From Eubacteriales bacterium (GTDB taxonomy: Bacteria > Bacillota > Clostridia > Oscillospirales > CAG-272), in assembly GCA_045631745.1 (NCBI GenBank), contig JAZQVI010000040.1, forward strand, positions 1-63,003: DNA of 63,003 bases, in the 5' to 3' direction. Below the pieces are notes generated by a model, which saw only the letters and a program-made list of their open reading frames with translations, was not told the origin of the DNA and searched no databases. This document shows positions 42,463 to 52,105 of this stretch, one piece after another (position 1 is the stretch's first letter; every line of letters begins with the position of its first letter). A program made the translations under genes and the position numbers.

Positions 42463-44217
42463 TTAAAGTCCTCTCTTGATGTAAGAGGTATGAAGAATCT
42501 CGTGAGCCTTATGGCTGTTGGGCTTTTCGAAGAACTCATCATAAAGCTTTTGTACAGCGAGATTGTCCTGCGACTTACGCAGCTCGGAAGTTGCGTCATC
42601 GTTATAAAGAACGGCTGCACGAACGGCACGAAGATCCATGTTCATACGAACCTTAGCAGGCTGGATCGGTTGACCACCGCCATTGACGCATCCGCCGGGA
42701 CAACCCATAATCTCAATGAATTGAACATCAAGCTCGCCCTTCTGAACCTTTTCAAGAAGCTTCTTTGCCATACCTGTGCTGGAGGCAACTGCAACATTAA
42801 CCGTCAAATCTCCAAGCTTATAGGATGCCGTCTTAATTCCTTCAACACCGCGAACCTCGGCAAAATCGAGTTTCTCCAGCTTCTTTCCGAGAATCACCTC
42901 GGCAGCATAGCGGAGAGCTGCCTCCATAACGCCGCCTGTTGCTCCGAAGATTGCGCCTGCGCTCGATCCGATTGCAAAGGGATCGTCAAACGCCGCATCG
43001 CCGAGTGCACGGAAGTTGATGCCCGCCTTCTGAATCATTCTGCCAACCTCACGGGTAGTGATGGCATAATCCACGTCAGGAACACCTGCCGCAGACTGAT
43101 TAGGACGTCCAACCTCAAACTTCTTTGCGGTACAAGGAATTGCGGAAACCATTACGATGTCAGCCGGATCCCATCCCATCTTCTGTGCATAGTAGGTCTT
43201 AACGACTGCGCCGAACATCTGCTGAGGAGACTTGCAGGTAGAAAGATTGTCCACAAAATCCGGGAAGTAATGCTCGCAATACTTGATCCATCCGGGCGAG
43301 CAGGAGGTGATCATGGGAAGTGTTCCATTGTTCTGGATTCTTCCGATCAGCTCGTTTGCTTCCTCCACGATGGTCAGGTCTGCAGTGAGATTCATGTCGT
43401 ATACGCCGTCAAAGCCAAGTGCCTTCAGAGCGGCAACCATCTTACCCTCGACGTCGGTGCCGGGCTCATAGCCAAAGCATTCACCAAGCTGTGCACGAAC
43501 AGACGGAGCCGTGCAAATCATCACGTGCTTCTTGGGATCAGCCAGCGCCTCAAACACCTTATCGGTGTCGTCTCTTTCATAGAGCGCACCTACAGGGCAA
43601 GCCACGATACACTGACCGCAGTTGATGCAGGAGGTGCTTTCAAGCGCCTGCTCAAATGCAGATCCTACGTAGGTGTCAAAACCGCGGTTATTTGCACCAA
43701 TTACACCGATCTCCTGGATCTTTGCACACGTTGCAACACATCTGCGGCAAAGAACACACTTATTGTTATCGCGGATAATGGGTGTCTTGTCATCGATCTC
43801 ATATTTGTTTACAACGCCCTTGAAGCGAGACTGATCCACACCGTACTCGCGGCACAAAGTCTGCAGCTCGCAGTTGGTGGAACGCACGCAAGAAAGGCAC
43901 TTCTGATCGTGATTGGAGAGCAACAGCTCCAGGTTCATCTTGCGCGAAGCAGTAATCTTGGGAGTGTTGGTCTTGATCTCCATCCCATCGGTGCAGGGAT
44001 ACACGCAAGCAGTAACCATGCGGAACGGCCCCATCGCAGCACCGCGTTTTTCAGAAACCTCTACGAGACACAGACGGCAAGCGCCGATCTCGTTAATATC
44101 TTTCAAATAACACAGCGTAGGAATATCAATATTTGCCGCTCTTGCAGCCTCCAAAACGGTAGAGCCGGCAGGAACGGAATACGCCACGCCATTAATTGTA
44201 ACCTGAATCATATCCAT
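42463..44217 (-). CDS. hydA: [FeFe]-hydrogenase catalytic subunit (HydA of the HydABC/Hnd type)
   Basis: 584 aa. N-terminal 2Fe-2S ferredoxin fold (..CRLCLVEV..), two 4Fe-4S motifs, and H-cluster motifs ..TSCSPGW.., ..MPCTAKK-like IPCTAKKFE.., ..EIMGCPGGCVNGGGQP. Confidence 0.93.
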   Translation of the reverse strand: MDMIQVTINGVAYSVPAGSTVLEAARAANIDIPTLCYLKDINEIGACRLCLVEVSEKRGAAMGPFRMVTACVYPCTDGMEIKTNTPKITASRKMNLELLLSNHDQKCLSCVRSTNCELQTLCREYGVDQSRFKGVVNKYEIDDKTPIIRDNNKCVLCRRCVATCAKIQEIGVIGANNRGFDTYVGSAFEQALESTSCINCGQCIVACPVGALYERDDTDKVFEALADPKKHVMICTAPSVRAQLGECFGYEPGTDVEGKMVAALKALGFDGVYDMNLTADLTIVEEANELIGRIQNNGTLPMITSCSPGWIKYCEHYFPDFVDNLSTCKSPQQMFGAVVKTYYAQKMGWDPADIVMVSAIPCTAKKFEVGRPNQSAAGVPDVDYAITTREVGRMIQKAGINFRALGDAAFDDPFAIGSSAGAIFGATGGVMEAALRYAAEVILGKKLEKLDFAEVRGVEGIKTASYKLGDLTVNVAVASSTGMAKKLLEKVQKGELDVQFIEIMGCPGGCVNGGGQPIQPAKVRMNMDLRAVRAAVLYNDDATSELRKSQDNLAVQKLYDEFFEKPNSHKAHEILHTSYIKRGL

Positions 44218-44236
44218 TTTTCACAATTCCCCTTTC

Positions 44237-46162
44237 TTAGCCCTTGGAAATCGCCTTGATCTTCTTGCAAGAATCCAGACAAGCTCCGCACTTCACGCAC
44301 TTTGCAGGATCAATCTCAAGAGACGGCAGCTTGTGTCCGGGCGCCACGTAAGTGGTCTTGCGAATGGCGTCTGCAGGACAATTTCTTGCACACATACCGC
44401 AGCCAATACACTTATCTGCATCGATGCTGAAGCGAATCAGCTTCTTGCACACGCCGGCCGGGCACTTCTTATCAACAATGTGTGCGATATACTCTTCTCT
44501 GAAATAGCGAAGCGTGGAAAGAACCGGGTTCGGAGCGGTCTGACCCAATCCGCAAAGGGATGCAGACTTGATGTAGTTGGAGAGCTCCTCCAAGCGGTCA
44601 AGATCCTCCATCTCGCCCTTGCCCTCAATGATCTTATCCAAGATCTCGAGCAATCTTCTGGTTCCGATTCGGCAAGGCGTGCACTTTCCGCAGGACTCAT
44701 CCACCGTGAAATCCAGGAAGAAGCGCGCGATGTCAACCATACAGTTGTCCTCATCCATAACGATGAGTCCGCCCGATCCCATCATCGAACCAATCTCAAG
44801 GAGGTTATCGTAGTCGATGGGGGTATCGATCAGGTGAGAAGGAATACATCCGCCGGAAGGTCCGCCGGTCTGTGCCGCTTTAAACTTCTTGCCATTGGGA
44901 ATACCGCCGCCGATCTCCTCGATAATATGACGAAGCGTAGTACCCATGGGAACCTCAACAAGACCCGTGTTCTTGATCTTGCCGCCAAGTGCAAAGACCT
45001 TTGTTCCCTTGGATTTCTCGGTTCCGATGCTTGTAAACCACTCCACACCATTGAGAATGATCTGGGGAATATTTGCATAGGTCTCCACGTTATTGAGGAC
45101 AGTAGGCTTTCCAAACAGACCCTTAACAGCCGGGAACGGGGGACGGGGACGAGGCTCGCCTCTGTTACCCTCGATAGAGGTCATCAGAGCGGTCTCCTCA
45201 CCGCACACAAATGCTCCTGCGCCCAAGCGGATACCGAGATCAAAATTAAATCCGGTTCCGAAAATGTTTTCTCCAAGAAGTCCCTTCTCCTTCGCCTGCT
45301 CGATTGCGATCTTCAGACGATTTACGGCAATGGGATACTCTGCACGAACGTAAACGTAACCTTGATCTGCGCCGATCGCATAACCTGCGATCGCCATAGC
45401 CTCAATCAGCGCGTGGGGGTCACCCTCAAGCACAGAGCGATCCATGAACGCACCGGGGTCACCCTCGTCCGCGTTACAGCAAACATACTTCTGTACGTTG
45501 CCGCGATTGCCGGAAGCAAACTTCCACTTCATACCCGTGGGGAAACCTGCACCACCGCGGCCGCGAAGCCCGGATGCCAAAATGGTCTCGATAACCTGGT
45601 CGGGAGTCATCTCGGTCAGCACCTTACCAAGCGCCTTATATCCGTCTCTTCCGATGTACTCATCAATGTTCTCGGGGTCGATTACACCGCAGTTTCGGAG
45701 TGCCAAACGGTACTGGGATTTATAGAAAATGGTATCATTCAAGGAATAGTGCGCATCCTCTACCACATCAGCATCTGCAACGTCGTTGTAGACAAGTCTC
45801 TCAACCGTACGTCCGTTCACCAGATGCTCGGAAACGATCTCCGCAACATCCTCAACCGTTACGTTGCTGTAGAAGGTTCCGCCGGGATAAACGATGACAA
45901 CCGGACCAAGCGCACAAAGTCCAAAACATCCCGTCTGGATGACCTTGATCTCCTCGGAAAGGCCCTGCTTTTCAATTTCAGACTCAAATGCAGCCTGAAT
46001 TTTGGGGCTTCCGGAAGATGTACACCCGGTACCGCCACAGCACAGAACGTGTGCGCGCACCTTGCTGTCATCACCGGCCTTGACGTCCTTATTATAGTCG
46101 CGAAGAATCAAAGATTGCTTCATTGTCTCTCTGATCTTTTCAAGTTCAACCAAAGATATCAT
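44237..46162 (-). CDS. hydB: NADH-binding flavoprotein subunit (NuoF-like, HydB)
   Basis: 641 aa. N-terminal thioredoxin-like 2Fe-2S, ..GRGGAGFPTG.KW.. FMN/NADH motif, ..ESCGKCTPCR.., and a C-terminal 2x[4Fe-4S] ferredoxin domain. Confidence 0.93.
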   Translation of the reverse strand: MISLVELEKIRETMKQSLILRDYNKDVKAGDDSKVRAHVLCCGGTGCTSSGSPKIQAAFESEIEKQGLSEEIKVIQTGCFGLCALGPVVIVYPGGTFYSNVTVEDVAEIVSEHLVNGRTVERLVYNDVADADVVEDAHYSLNDTIFYKSQYRLALRNCGVIDPENIDEYIGRDGYKALGKVLTEMTPDQVIETILASGLRGRGGAGFPTGMKWKFASGNRGNVQKYVCCNADEGDPGAFMDRSVLEGDPHALIEAMAIAGYAIGADQGYVYVRAEYPIAVNRLKIAIEQAKEKGLLGENIFGTGFNFDLGIRLGAGAFVCGEETALMTSIEGNRGEPRPRPPFPAVKGLFGKPTVLNNVETYANIPQIILNGVEWFTSIGTEKSKGTKVFALGGKIKNTGLVEVPMGTTLRHIIEEIGGGIPNGKKFKAAQTGGPSGGCIPSHLIDTPIDYDNLLEIGSMMGSGGLIVMDEDNCMVDIARFFLDFTVDESCGKCTPCRIGTRRLLEILDKIIEGKGEMEDLDRLEELSNYIKSASLCGLGQTAPNPVLSTLRYFREEYIAHIVDKKCPAGVCKKLIRFSIDADKCIGCGMCARNCPADAIRKTTYVAPGHKLPSLEIDPAKCVKCGACLDSCKKIKAISKG

Positions 46163-46210
46163 AAATTCGGTTCCTCTCTCTCTTTATTATAAATCACAGA
46201 TCTCGAAAGA

Positions 46211-46705
46211 TCAGATGTATTTTGCCAAAATATCGTCAACGTCGTCAACGGTCAGTCTTCCGTAAACCTCGCCGTTTACAGTCAAAACAGGAGCCAGTCC
46301 GCACGCACCGATGCAACGAGTTGCCTCAATGGAGTACTTTCCGTCAGCCGATGTGCTTCCGATCGGAACGTTGAGTCTCTCGGAAATCTTCTCGATAATG
46401 TCGCCCGAACCCTTTACATAGCAAGCGGTTCCCAAGCAAACAGCAATCGCATACTGACCATCGGGATTCAGTTTGAATTGCGCGTAGAAAGACACAATTC
46501 CAAAGATCTCTTCCAAGGAAACGCCGGTCTTGTCCGCGATGATCTTCTGAACCTCGATCGGAAGATATCCGTAAATTTCCTGCGCCTCCTGAAGGATCGG
46601 CATCATGGAGCCCTTTTCTCCGATATGTTTCTCAATAACCTTCAGCAAAGCCTCTTCTTGCTCCTTGGTCCCGTGAAACTCGACCATCGTCAGTTTCTTT
46701 TTCAT
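46211..46705 (-). CDS. hydC: NuoE-like 2Fe-2S subunit (HydC)
   Basis: 164 aa. ..VCLGTACYVKG.. and ..TRCIGACGLAPV.. cysteine motifs. Confidence 0.92.
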   Translation of the reverse strand: MKKKLTMVEFHGTKEQEEALLKVIEKHIGEKGSMMPILQEAQEIYGYLPIEVQKIIADKTGVSLEEIFGIVSFYAQFKLNPDGQYAIAVCLGTACYVKGSGDIIEKISERLNVPIGSTSADGKYSIEATRCIGACGLAPVLTVNGEVYGRLTVDDVDDILAKYI

Positions 46706-46892
46706 AATTCAAGCAGCCTCCTAACTTGTTTTTCGTCATTTTCACCGTTGCATTCTTACTTGCAACACACAACAAGTACATTATACTACATTATGTAGAA
46801 AAAATCTATAGTTTTTTGAAAATTTTCGTGATTTTTGTTAAAAATATTTGCCATTTGGGACAAAAATAATGTAATCAGCTTTTTAAAACACC

Positions 46893-46928
46893 AAAAAAGG
46901 CATTGCGGAATATCCGCAATGCCTTTTT
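46893..46928 (-). terminator. intrinsic terminator of the MsmK-type ATPase gene
   Basis: GGCATTGCGGA / TCCGCAATGCC hairpin with a T-run on the minus strand, 9 nt after the stop codon. Confidence 0.85.
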
Positions 46929-46936
46929 CATACCGA

Positions 46937-48052
46937 TTAGTGCAGAACGCAACGCTCGGTATCCTTATCAAAGATATGAAGTCTGGTCATATCGAATGCG
47001 ACCTTGATCTTGTCACCCGCACGAGTCTTGGATCTGGAGGAAACGCGAGCGATCAGCTTGCCCTCTTCTCCAACGTTGAGGTACAGATAGATCTCAGCAC
47101 CCATCAACTCGGTTACATCAACGTCAGTATCGAATGCTGCATCGGCATACTTCTCAAGATTCTGCTCGTCGTCAAAGATACACTCGGGACGGAGACCGCC
47201 GAATACTTCCTTGCCGATGTACTCCTGAAGCTCGGGAGCCTTTGCCTTGTTCTCGGGCATCTTGAGGTAGTTGCCCTCGTAAACGAAGTACAGCTCGCCG
47301 TCCTTCTCCTCCAGCTTGCCCTCCATAAAGTTCATCTGAGGAGTTCCGATAAAGCCTGCAACGAACATATTAACGGGCTCGTCATAGAGCTTCTGAGGAG
47401 CGTCAGCCTGCTGAATCAGACCGTCCTTCATAACGACGATTCTCGTAGCCATGGTCATAGCCTCTACCTGGTCGTGCGTTACGTATACGAAGGTGGTCTC
47501 AACGCGGTTATGGAGCTTGGTCAACTCGGTTCTCATCGCAGCACGAAGCTTTGCGTCCAAGTTGGAAAGAGGCTCGTCAAGCAAGAATACCTCAGGGTTA
47601 CGAACGATTGCACGTCCGAGAGCTACACGCTGCTTCTGACCACCGGAGAGAGCCTTCGGCTTACGATCGAGCAGGTGGGTGATATCGAGTACGCGAGCTG
47701 CATCCTCAACCTTCTTCTTGATGACATCCTTCGGAACCTTGCTCAGCTTCAGACCGAATGCCATGTTTTCAAACACAGACATATGGGGATACAGAGCGTA
47801 GTTCTGGAACACCATCGCGATCTTACGATCCTTAGGAGCAACGTCATTTACCAAACGGTCACCGATACGGAGCTCACCCTCAGAGATTTCCTCCAGACCT
47901 GCGATCATACGCAGAGTGGTGGACTTACCACAACCGGAAGGACCAACGAGAACCAGGAACTCCTTGTCCTTGATCTCCAGGTTAAAGTCGGATACCGCAG
48001 TAACGCCGCCGGGATACTTCTTGTAAATATGCTTCAGAGATAAACTTGCCAT
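46937..48052 (-). CDS. sugar ABC-transporter ATP-binding protein (MsmK/MsmX/MalK type), orphan
   Basis: 371 aa. GPSGCGKSTTLRMIAGLE, LSGGQKQRVALGRA, FLLDEPLSNLD, and a C-terminal regulatory OB-like domain. No permease or binding-protein gene is nearby. Confidence 0.92.
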   Translation of the reverse strand: MASLSLKHIYKKYPGGVTAVSDFNLEIKDKEFLVLVGPSGCGKSTTLRMIAGLEEISEGELRIGDRLVNDVAPKDRKIAMVFQNYALYPHMSVFENMAFGLKLSKVPKDVIKKKVEDAARVLDITHLLDRKPKALSGGQKQRVALGRAIVRNPEVFLLDEPLSNLDAKLRAAMRTELTKLHNRVETTFVYVTHDQVEAMTMATRIVVMKDGLIQQADAPQKLYDEPVNMFVAGFIGTPQMNFMEGKLEEKDGELYFVYEGNYLKMPENKAKAPELQEYIGKEVFGGLRPECIFDDEQNLEKYADAAFDTDVDVTELMGAEIYLYLNVGEEGKLIARVSSRSKTRAGDKIKVAFDMTRLHIFDKDTERCVLH

Positions 48053-48259
48053 ACTTGTATTTTCCTCCTGTGTCTCCTTGCGAGTAGCTTGCAGACATTA
48101 TTTTCATCGTATATTATTGTACCAAATTTTCAGCAAAAATGGAAGAGGTTAATTGCCCAAAATTGCATTCTTTTATTTATATATCTTGCACAAACAAAGA
48201 TGCTCTTTTTTCAAAGTCTCGCCTTCAAAGATTTAATATATTAAAGTTTTGCTTCCGAA

Positions 48260-50416
48260 TCAAGCCTTTTTCTTCATTCTGAGTGCAATTCTCTTCTTTT
48301 GAACGTCAACACTGATGACCCAAACGGTGACAACGTCTCCCACCTTCACAACCTCGGACGGATGCTTTATAAAGCGATCCGAGAGCTGCGAAATGTGAAC
48401 CAGACCGTCCTGATGCACACCGATGTCAACGAAGGCACCAAAGTCAATGACGTTTCGGACCGTTCCCGTCAGCTCCATATCGGGCTTGAGATCCTCCAGG
48501 CTGAGAATATCGTCTCTGAGGACGGGAGGCGGAAGTGTATCACGGATATCGCGTCCGGGCTTTTGCAGCTCCGAAACGATGTCCTCCAACGTCGGCAAGC
48601 CGATTCCAATCGTCTCGCAAACCGAGCGCGCTCCCATCTGTTCAACCTTCTTGCCAAGCTCCTTGAGATTCCCTGCCTTGACATCGTCTCTGGTGTATCC
48701 AAAGAGTGCAAGAAGTTTTTCTGCAGCCTCATAGGATTCGGGATGTACGCCTGTGTTATCGAGAATATTCTTCCCTCCCGGCACGCGCAAAAATCCTGCT
48801 GCCTGCTCGTATGCCTTAGCACCGATTCTCGGAACCTTCAGAAGCTGCGCGCGAGAGGAAAATTCGCCGTTTTCCTCGCGATAGCGAACAATATTCTTTG
48901 CAGACGTGGAATTGATTCCTGCAATATGTGCCAGGAGTGAAAAGGATGCCGTATTGATATCAACACCAACCGAGTTCACGCAATCCTCGACCACGCCGCC
49001 AAGCGCCTCGTCCAATCTTGCCTGCTTCATATCATGCTGATACTGTCCAACACCGATTCCCTTCGGATCAATTTTGATCAGCTCTGCAAGGGGATCCTGC
49101 AAGCGTCTTGCGATCGAAACTGCACTTCTCTGCATAACATCAAATTCAGGGAACTCCTCTGCTGCCAGCTTGGAAGCTGAATAAATGGATGCTCCCGCCT
49201 CGCTTACAACGATATATTTTACGTCTCTGTCAATCTCCTTGATGAGATTTGCAATGAAGATCTCACTCTCCTTGGATGCAGTACCGTTTCCGATCGCGAT
49301 CACATCAACGCCATGCTTCGAGATCATCTGCTTGACAATCCGCTTACTTTTTTCAATCTCCTCGCGGGGCTTAACGGGATAGATCACGCCGGTGTCGATG
49401 ACCTTGCCGATCTTATCGACCACTGCCAGCTTACAGCCATGTGCATAACCGGGATCAAAGCCCAAAACGGTCTTTCCTTTCAAGGGGGATTGCATCAAAA
49501 GATGGCTGAGATTGTCAGCAAACACCTTGATCGCTCCCTCGCAGGCATTATCGAAAATGTCGCTTCTGATCTCTCTCTCAATGGAAGGTGCAATCAGTCT
49601 CTGATAACTGTCAGTCAGCGCCATTGCAACGTGCTCGGTGGCAGGACTGCCGTTTCCAAGAAGAATTTTTGCACGCAATCCTTGCAAAACAACAGTCTCC
49701 TCGACCGAAATAGATACCTTCAAAAACTCTTCCTTCTCTCCGCGATTAAGAGCCAAAACACGATGCGGCAAAACCTTCTTGAGAAGCTCGGAATATTCAT
49801 AATATTGCGCGTAAACCGAATCCTCGTCCTTGGTGTTGCGTGCGTTGAGCGTTCCGTTTTCAAAGGTCAGAGTACGGATCTCCTTGCGGTACTCTGCATT
49901 GTCCGAGATGTCCTCGGCAATGATATCTCTTGCACCCTGGAGTGCCTCTTCAATACTCTGAACGCCCTTTTCTTCATCAATGAAAGCAGCAGCCTGCTCA
50001 TCAATGGAGGGAGTGTACGAAGGCTCTTGCGCCAACAAAAGCTCCGCCAAAGGCTCCAACCCCTTCTCTCTTGCAACCGACGCGCGCGTCTTTCTGTGCG
50101 GACGGAAGGGACGATAAATATCGTCCACCTCGGTGATAGTCTTGGCTGCATCGATCGCCGCTTGAATCTCGGGCGTCATCTTTTCCTGCGCGGTAATGAG
50201 CGCAGAGACCTCTTCCTTTCGCTTTTCCAAATTTCTCAAAAAATTCAAGCGATCGTTCAGGTCACGCAACACGCTGTCATCCAGACTCCCCGTCACCTCC
50301 TTGCGGTAACGCGCAATAAAAGGAATGGTGTTTCCCTCGTCAATCAGTGCGACAGTCTTCTCGACCTGATCGACCTTGAGCCCAAACTCCGCCGCAATCG
50401 TCTCAATCATGTTCAT
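48260..50416 (-). CDS. tex: Tex-like transcription accessory protein (S1 RNA-binding domain)
   Basis: 718 aa. N-terminal ..TIPFIARYRKE.TG.LD.., YqgF-like and HhH domains, and a C-terminal S1 domain ..G.V..V.DFGAFVDIG...DGLVHIS. Confidence 0.93.
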   Translation of the reverse strand: MNMIETIAAEFGLKVDQVEKTVALIDEGNTIPFIARYRKEVTGSLDDSVLRDLNDRLNFLRNLEKRKEEVSALITAQEKMTPEIQAAIDAAKTITEVDDIYRPFRPHRKTRASVAREKGLEPLAELLLAQEPSYTPSIDEQAAAFIDEEKGVQSIEEALQGARDIIAEDISDNAEYRKEIRTLTFENGTLNARNTKDEDSVYAQYYEYSELLKKVLPHRVLALNRGEKEEFLKVSISVEETVVLQGLRAKILLGNGSPATEHVAMALTDSYQRLIAPSIEREIRSDIFDNACEGAIKVFADNLSHLLMQSPLKGKTVLGFDPGYAHGCKLAVVDKIGKVIDTGVIYPVKPREEIEKSKRIVKQMISKHGVDVIAIGNGTASKESEIFIANLIKEIDRDVKYIVVSEAGASIYSASKLAAEEFPEFDVMQRSAVSIARRLQDPLAELIKIDPKGIGVGQYQHDMKQARLDEALGGVVEDCVNSVGVDINTASFSLLAHIAGINSTSAKNIVRYREENGEFSSRAQLLKVPRIGAKAYEQAAGFLRVPGGKNILDNTGVHPESYEAAEKLLALFGYTRDDVKAGNLKELGKKVEQMGARSVCETIGIGLPTLEDIVSELQKPGRDIRDTLPPPVLRDDILSLEDLKPDMELTGTVRNVIDFGAFVDIGVHQDGLVHISQLSDRFIKHPSEVVKVGDVVTVWVISVDVQKKRIALRMKKKA

Positions 50417-50441
50417 ACAATGAAAAACCTTTCTTACTTAT

Positions 50442-51149
50442 TTACTTTCTCGTGGCATCCAAAAGCGCCTTCTCTTCTTCATCGGTCAAGAGTCTCCAGT
50501 CCCCTCGGTCAAGCGTGGGATCCAAAGACAACGGCCCGAAGGTCAACCGCTCAAGGAAGGTAATGCGGTTGTTCACCGCCTCCATCATGCGCTTGATCTG
50601 ATGATATTTCCCCTCGGTGATAAAGATGACCCCCTCCGTCTCGGAGCGAAGCTCCACCCGACAGGGCTTTGTCACGTAATCCCCGATGTCAACACCAACC
50701 TCCAGCCGGCTGACATCCTCCGCAGAAAGCGGAAAACGGACAGAAAAACCGTAGCTCTTGGTCACGTGGCTCTTGGGCGCGAGCAATCTGTGAGAGAGCG
50801 CGCCGTCGTTGGTCAAAAGCATTAACCCCAGCGTATGCTTATCAAGGCGTCCGCACGGAAACAAGCCCATTTTACGGTACTTTTCGGGTAAAAGCTCGGT
50901 CACAACAGGATCTCTGCCATCTTCGGTGGCACTGATATAGCCATCCGGCTTGTTCAAAAGAATATAGAAAAACTTCCGATATTCCACAGGCTCACCCGAG
51001 AACACAATGCGATCTCGCTCGGGGTCAACTTGTTGATCCGATTTGCGAGCAGCCGTTCCGTTAACCGTCACAAGGCCTGCTCGACACGCCTTTGCTGCCT
51101 CTGTCCTGGTTGCAATTTTACATTCAGAAAGCAACCGATCCAATCGCAT
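50442..51149 (-). CDS. rsuA: pseudouridine synthase, RsuA/RluB family
   Basis: 235 aa. S4 domain MRLDRLLSE...TR.EA, catalytic ..GRLDKHT.GLMLLTNDG... Confidence 0.9.
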   Translation of the reverse strand: MRLDRLLSECKIATRTEAAKACRAGLVTVNGTAARKSDQQVDPERDRIVFSGEPVEYRKFFYILLNKPDGYISATEDGRDPVVTELLPEKYRKMGLFPCGRLDKHTLGLMLLTNDGALSHRLLAPKSHVTKSYGFSVRFPLSAEDVSRLEVGVDIGDYVTKPCRVELRSETEGVIFITEGKYHQIKRMMEAVNNRITFLERLTFGPLSLDPTLDRGDWRLLTDEEEKALLDATRK

Positions 51150-51259
51150 TCAAACGCCTCCCCTCTTTCATATTTCTACTTCTTTATTATATCACACCAA
51201 ACCTGTTTTGTAAAGAGATATTTTTGCTGAAATAAAAATTATGCCGTCTGTGGAAGATG

Positions 51260-51300
51260 AAAAACCGGCACAATGCTCTACCCAAAAGCATCATGCCGGT
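51260..51300 (-). terminator. probable intrinsic terminator after the membrane-protein gene
   Basis: ACCGGCA..TGCCGGT stem (with inner AATGCT/AGCAT pairing) followed by TTTTT on the minus strand. Confidence 0.6.
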
Positions 51301-51317
51301 CCATGAGATCTTTTCTG

Positions 51318-52103
51318 TTAAATTTCTGTGGTGTCAATTTCCGATGCGGCGATTTCTATCGCATCCGGCTCCGTTTTGTCGTCCTCTATTATATTTTTTT
51401 CTGTTTCCTTGATTCTCGAAAACCAATCGAGGAAGATCCCCACAAGGAATCCCAGTGTAAGTGTTCCCAAAACGCCCAAAAGGTACGCGATAAAGGTGAC
51501 CTCAAAACTTCCGAAAATATTCAGAAAATAGATGGAATAATCACCATACATATTCATTCCAAAGTTAGCAAGGTGGAAGCACCAGTTCAGAAACACACCA
51601 AAGCCGATCGATGTGTAAACAAATGCAGCTGCTTTTCCGAAGTTTAGCCAAGTCAGTTTAACCCGCCCAACCAAAATCAGATAGAAACCGTACAACGCCA
51701 TTGCAAGATGGCAAGCAGCTTCACTGATGTGTATAAAGTTGGCCGAATATTCATGGTTCATCAGGTATGATGCTCCCGGGCTGATATAAAGCGCCAAAAA
51801 CATTCCAAATCCTAAAAACGCAATCGCACAGTAGGCAAAGTCCTTAATCTTTTCATTCAAAAACGGTGTGAATAAAATCACTGTGCAAATATAGGGACTG
51901 ATATTCTCAAGCGTCATAAAGCCATCCTCGAGCCATCCGCGCTCGTACGCTGCATAATTCCAACAAAAGAAAAACACCGCACAAGCAATTATAAACAACG
52001 GATTCACAATCGGATGTTTAAGCTTTTTCCGAAAGAAGCACATCAAAAACAAAGCAGCAAAGAAGACCAACGACAGACCGCCGAGCATTTGCATCATGTG
52101 CAT
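51318..52103 (-). CDS. polytopic integral membrane protein, function unknown
   Basis: 261 aa with about 7-8 hydrophobic helices. Its start lies 3 nt after the stop of the upstream LRR gene. Confidence 0.72.
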   Translation of the reverse strand: MHMMQMLGGLSLVFFAALFLMCFFRKKLKHPIVNPLFIIACAVFFFCWNYAAYERGWLEDGFMTLENISPYICTVILFTPFLNEKIKDFAYCAIAFLGFGMFLALYISPGASYLMNHEYSANFIHISEAACHLAMALYGFYLILVGRVKLTWLNFGKAAAFVYTSIGFGVFLNWCFHLANFGMNMYGDYSIYFLNIFGSFEVTFIAYLLGVLGTLTLGFLVGIFLDWFSRIKETEKNIIEDDKTEPDAIEIAASEIDTTEI

Positions 52104-52105
52104 AA

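Noticed and set aside
42427-46192. 610-aa and 619-aa plus-strand ORFs opposite hydA and hydB
   Set aside because: Same antisense-register artefact. The Fe-S and H-cluster cysteine motifs are found only on the minus strand.
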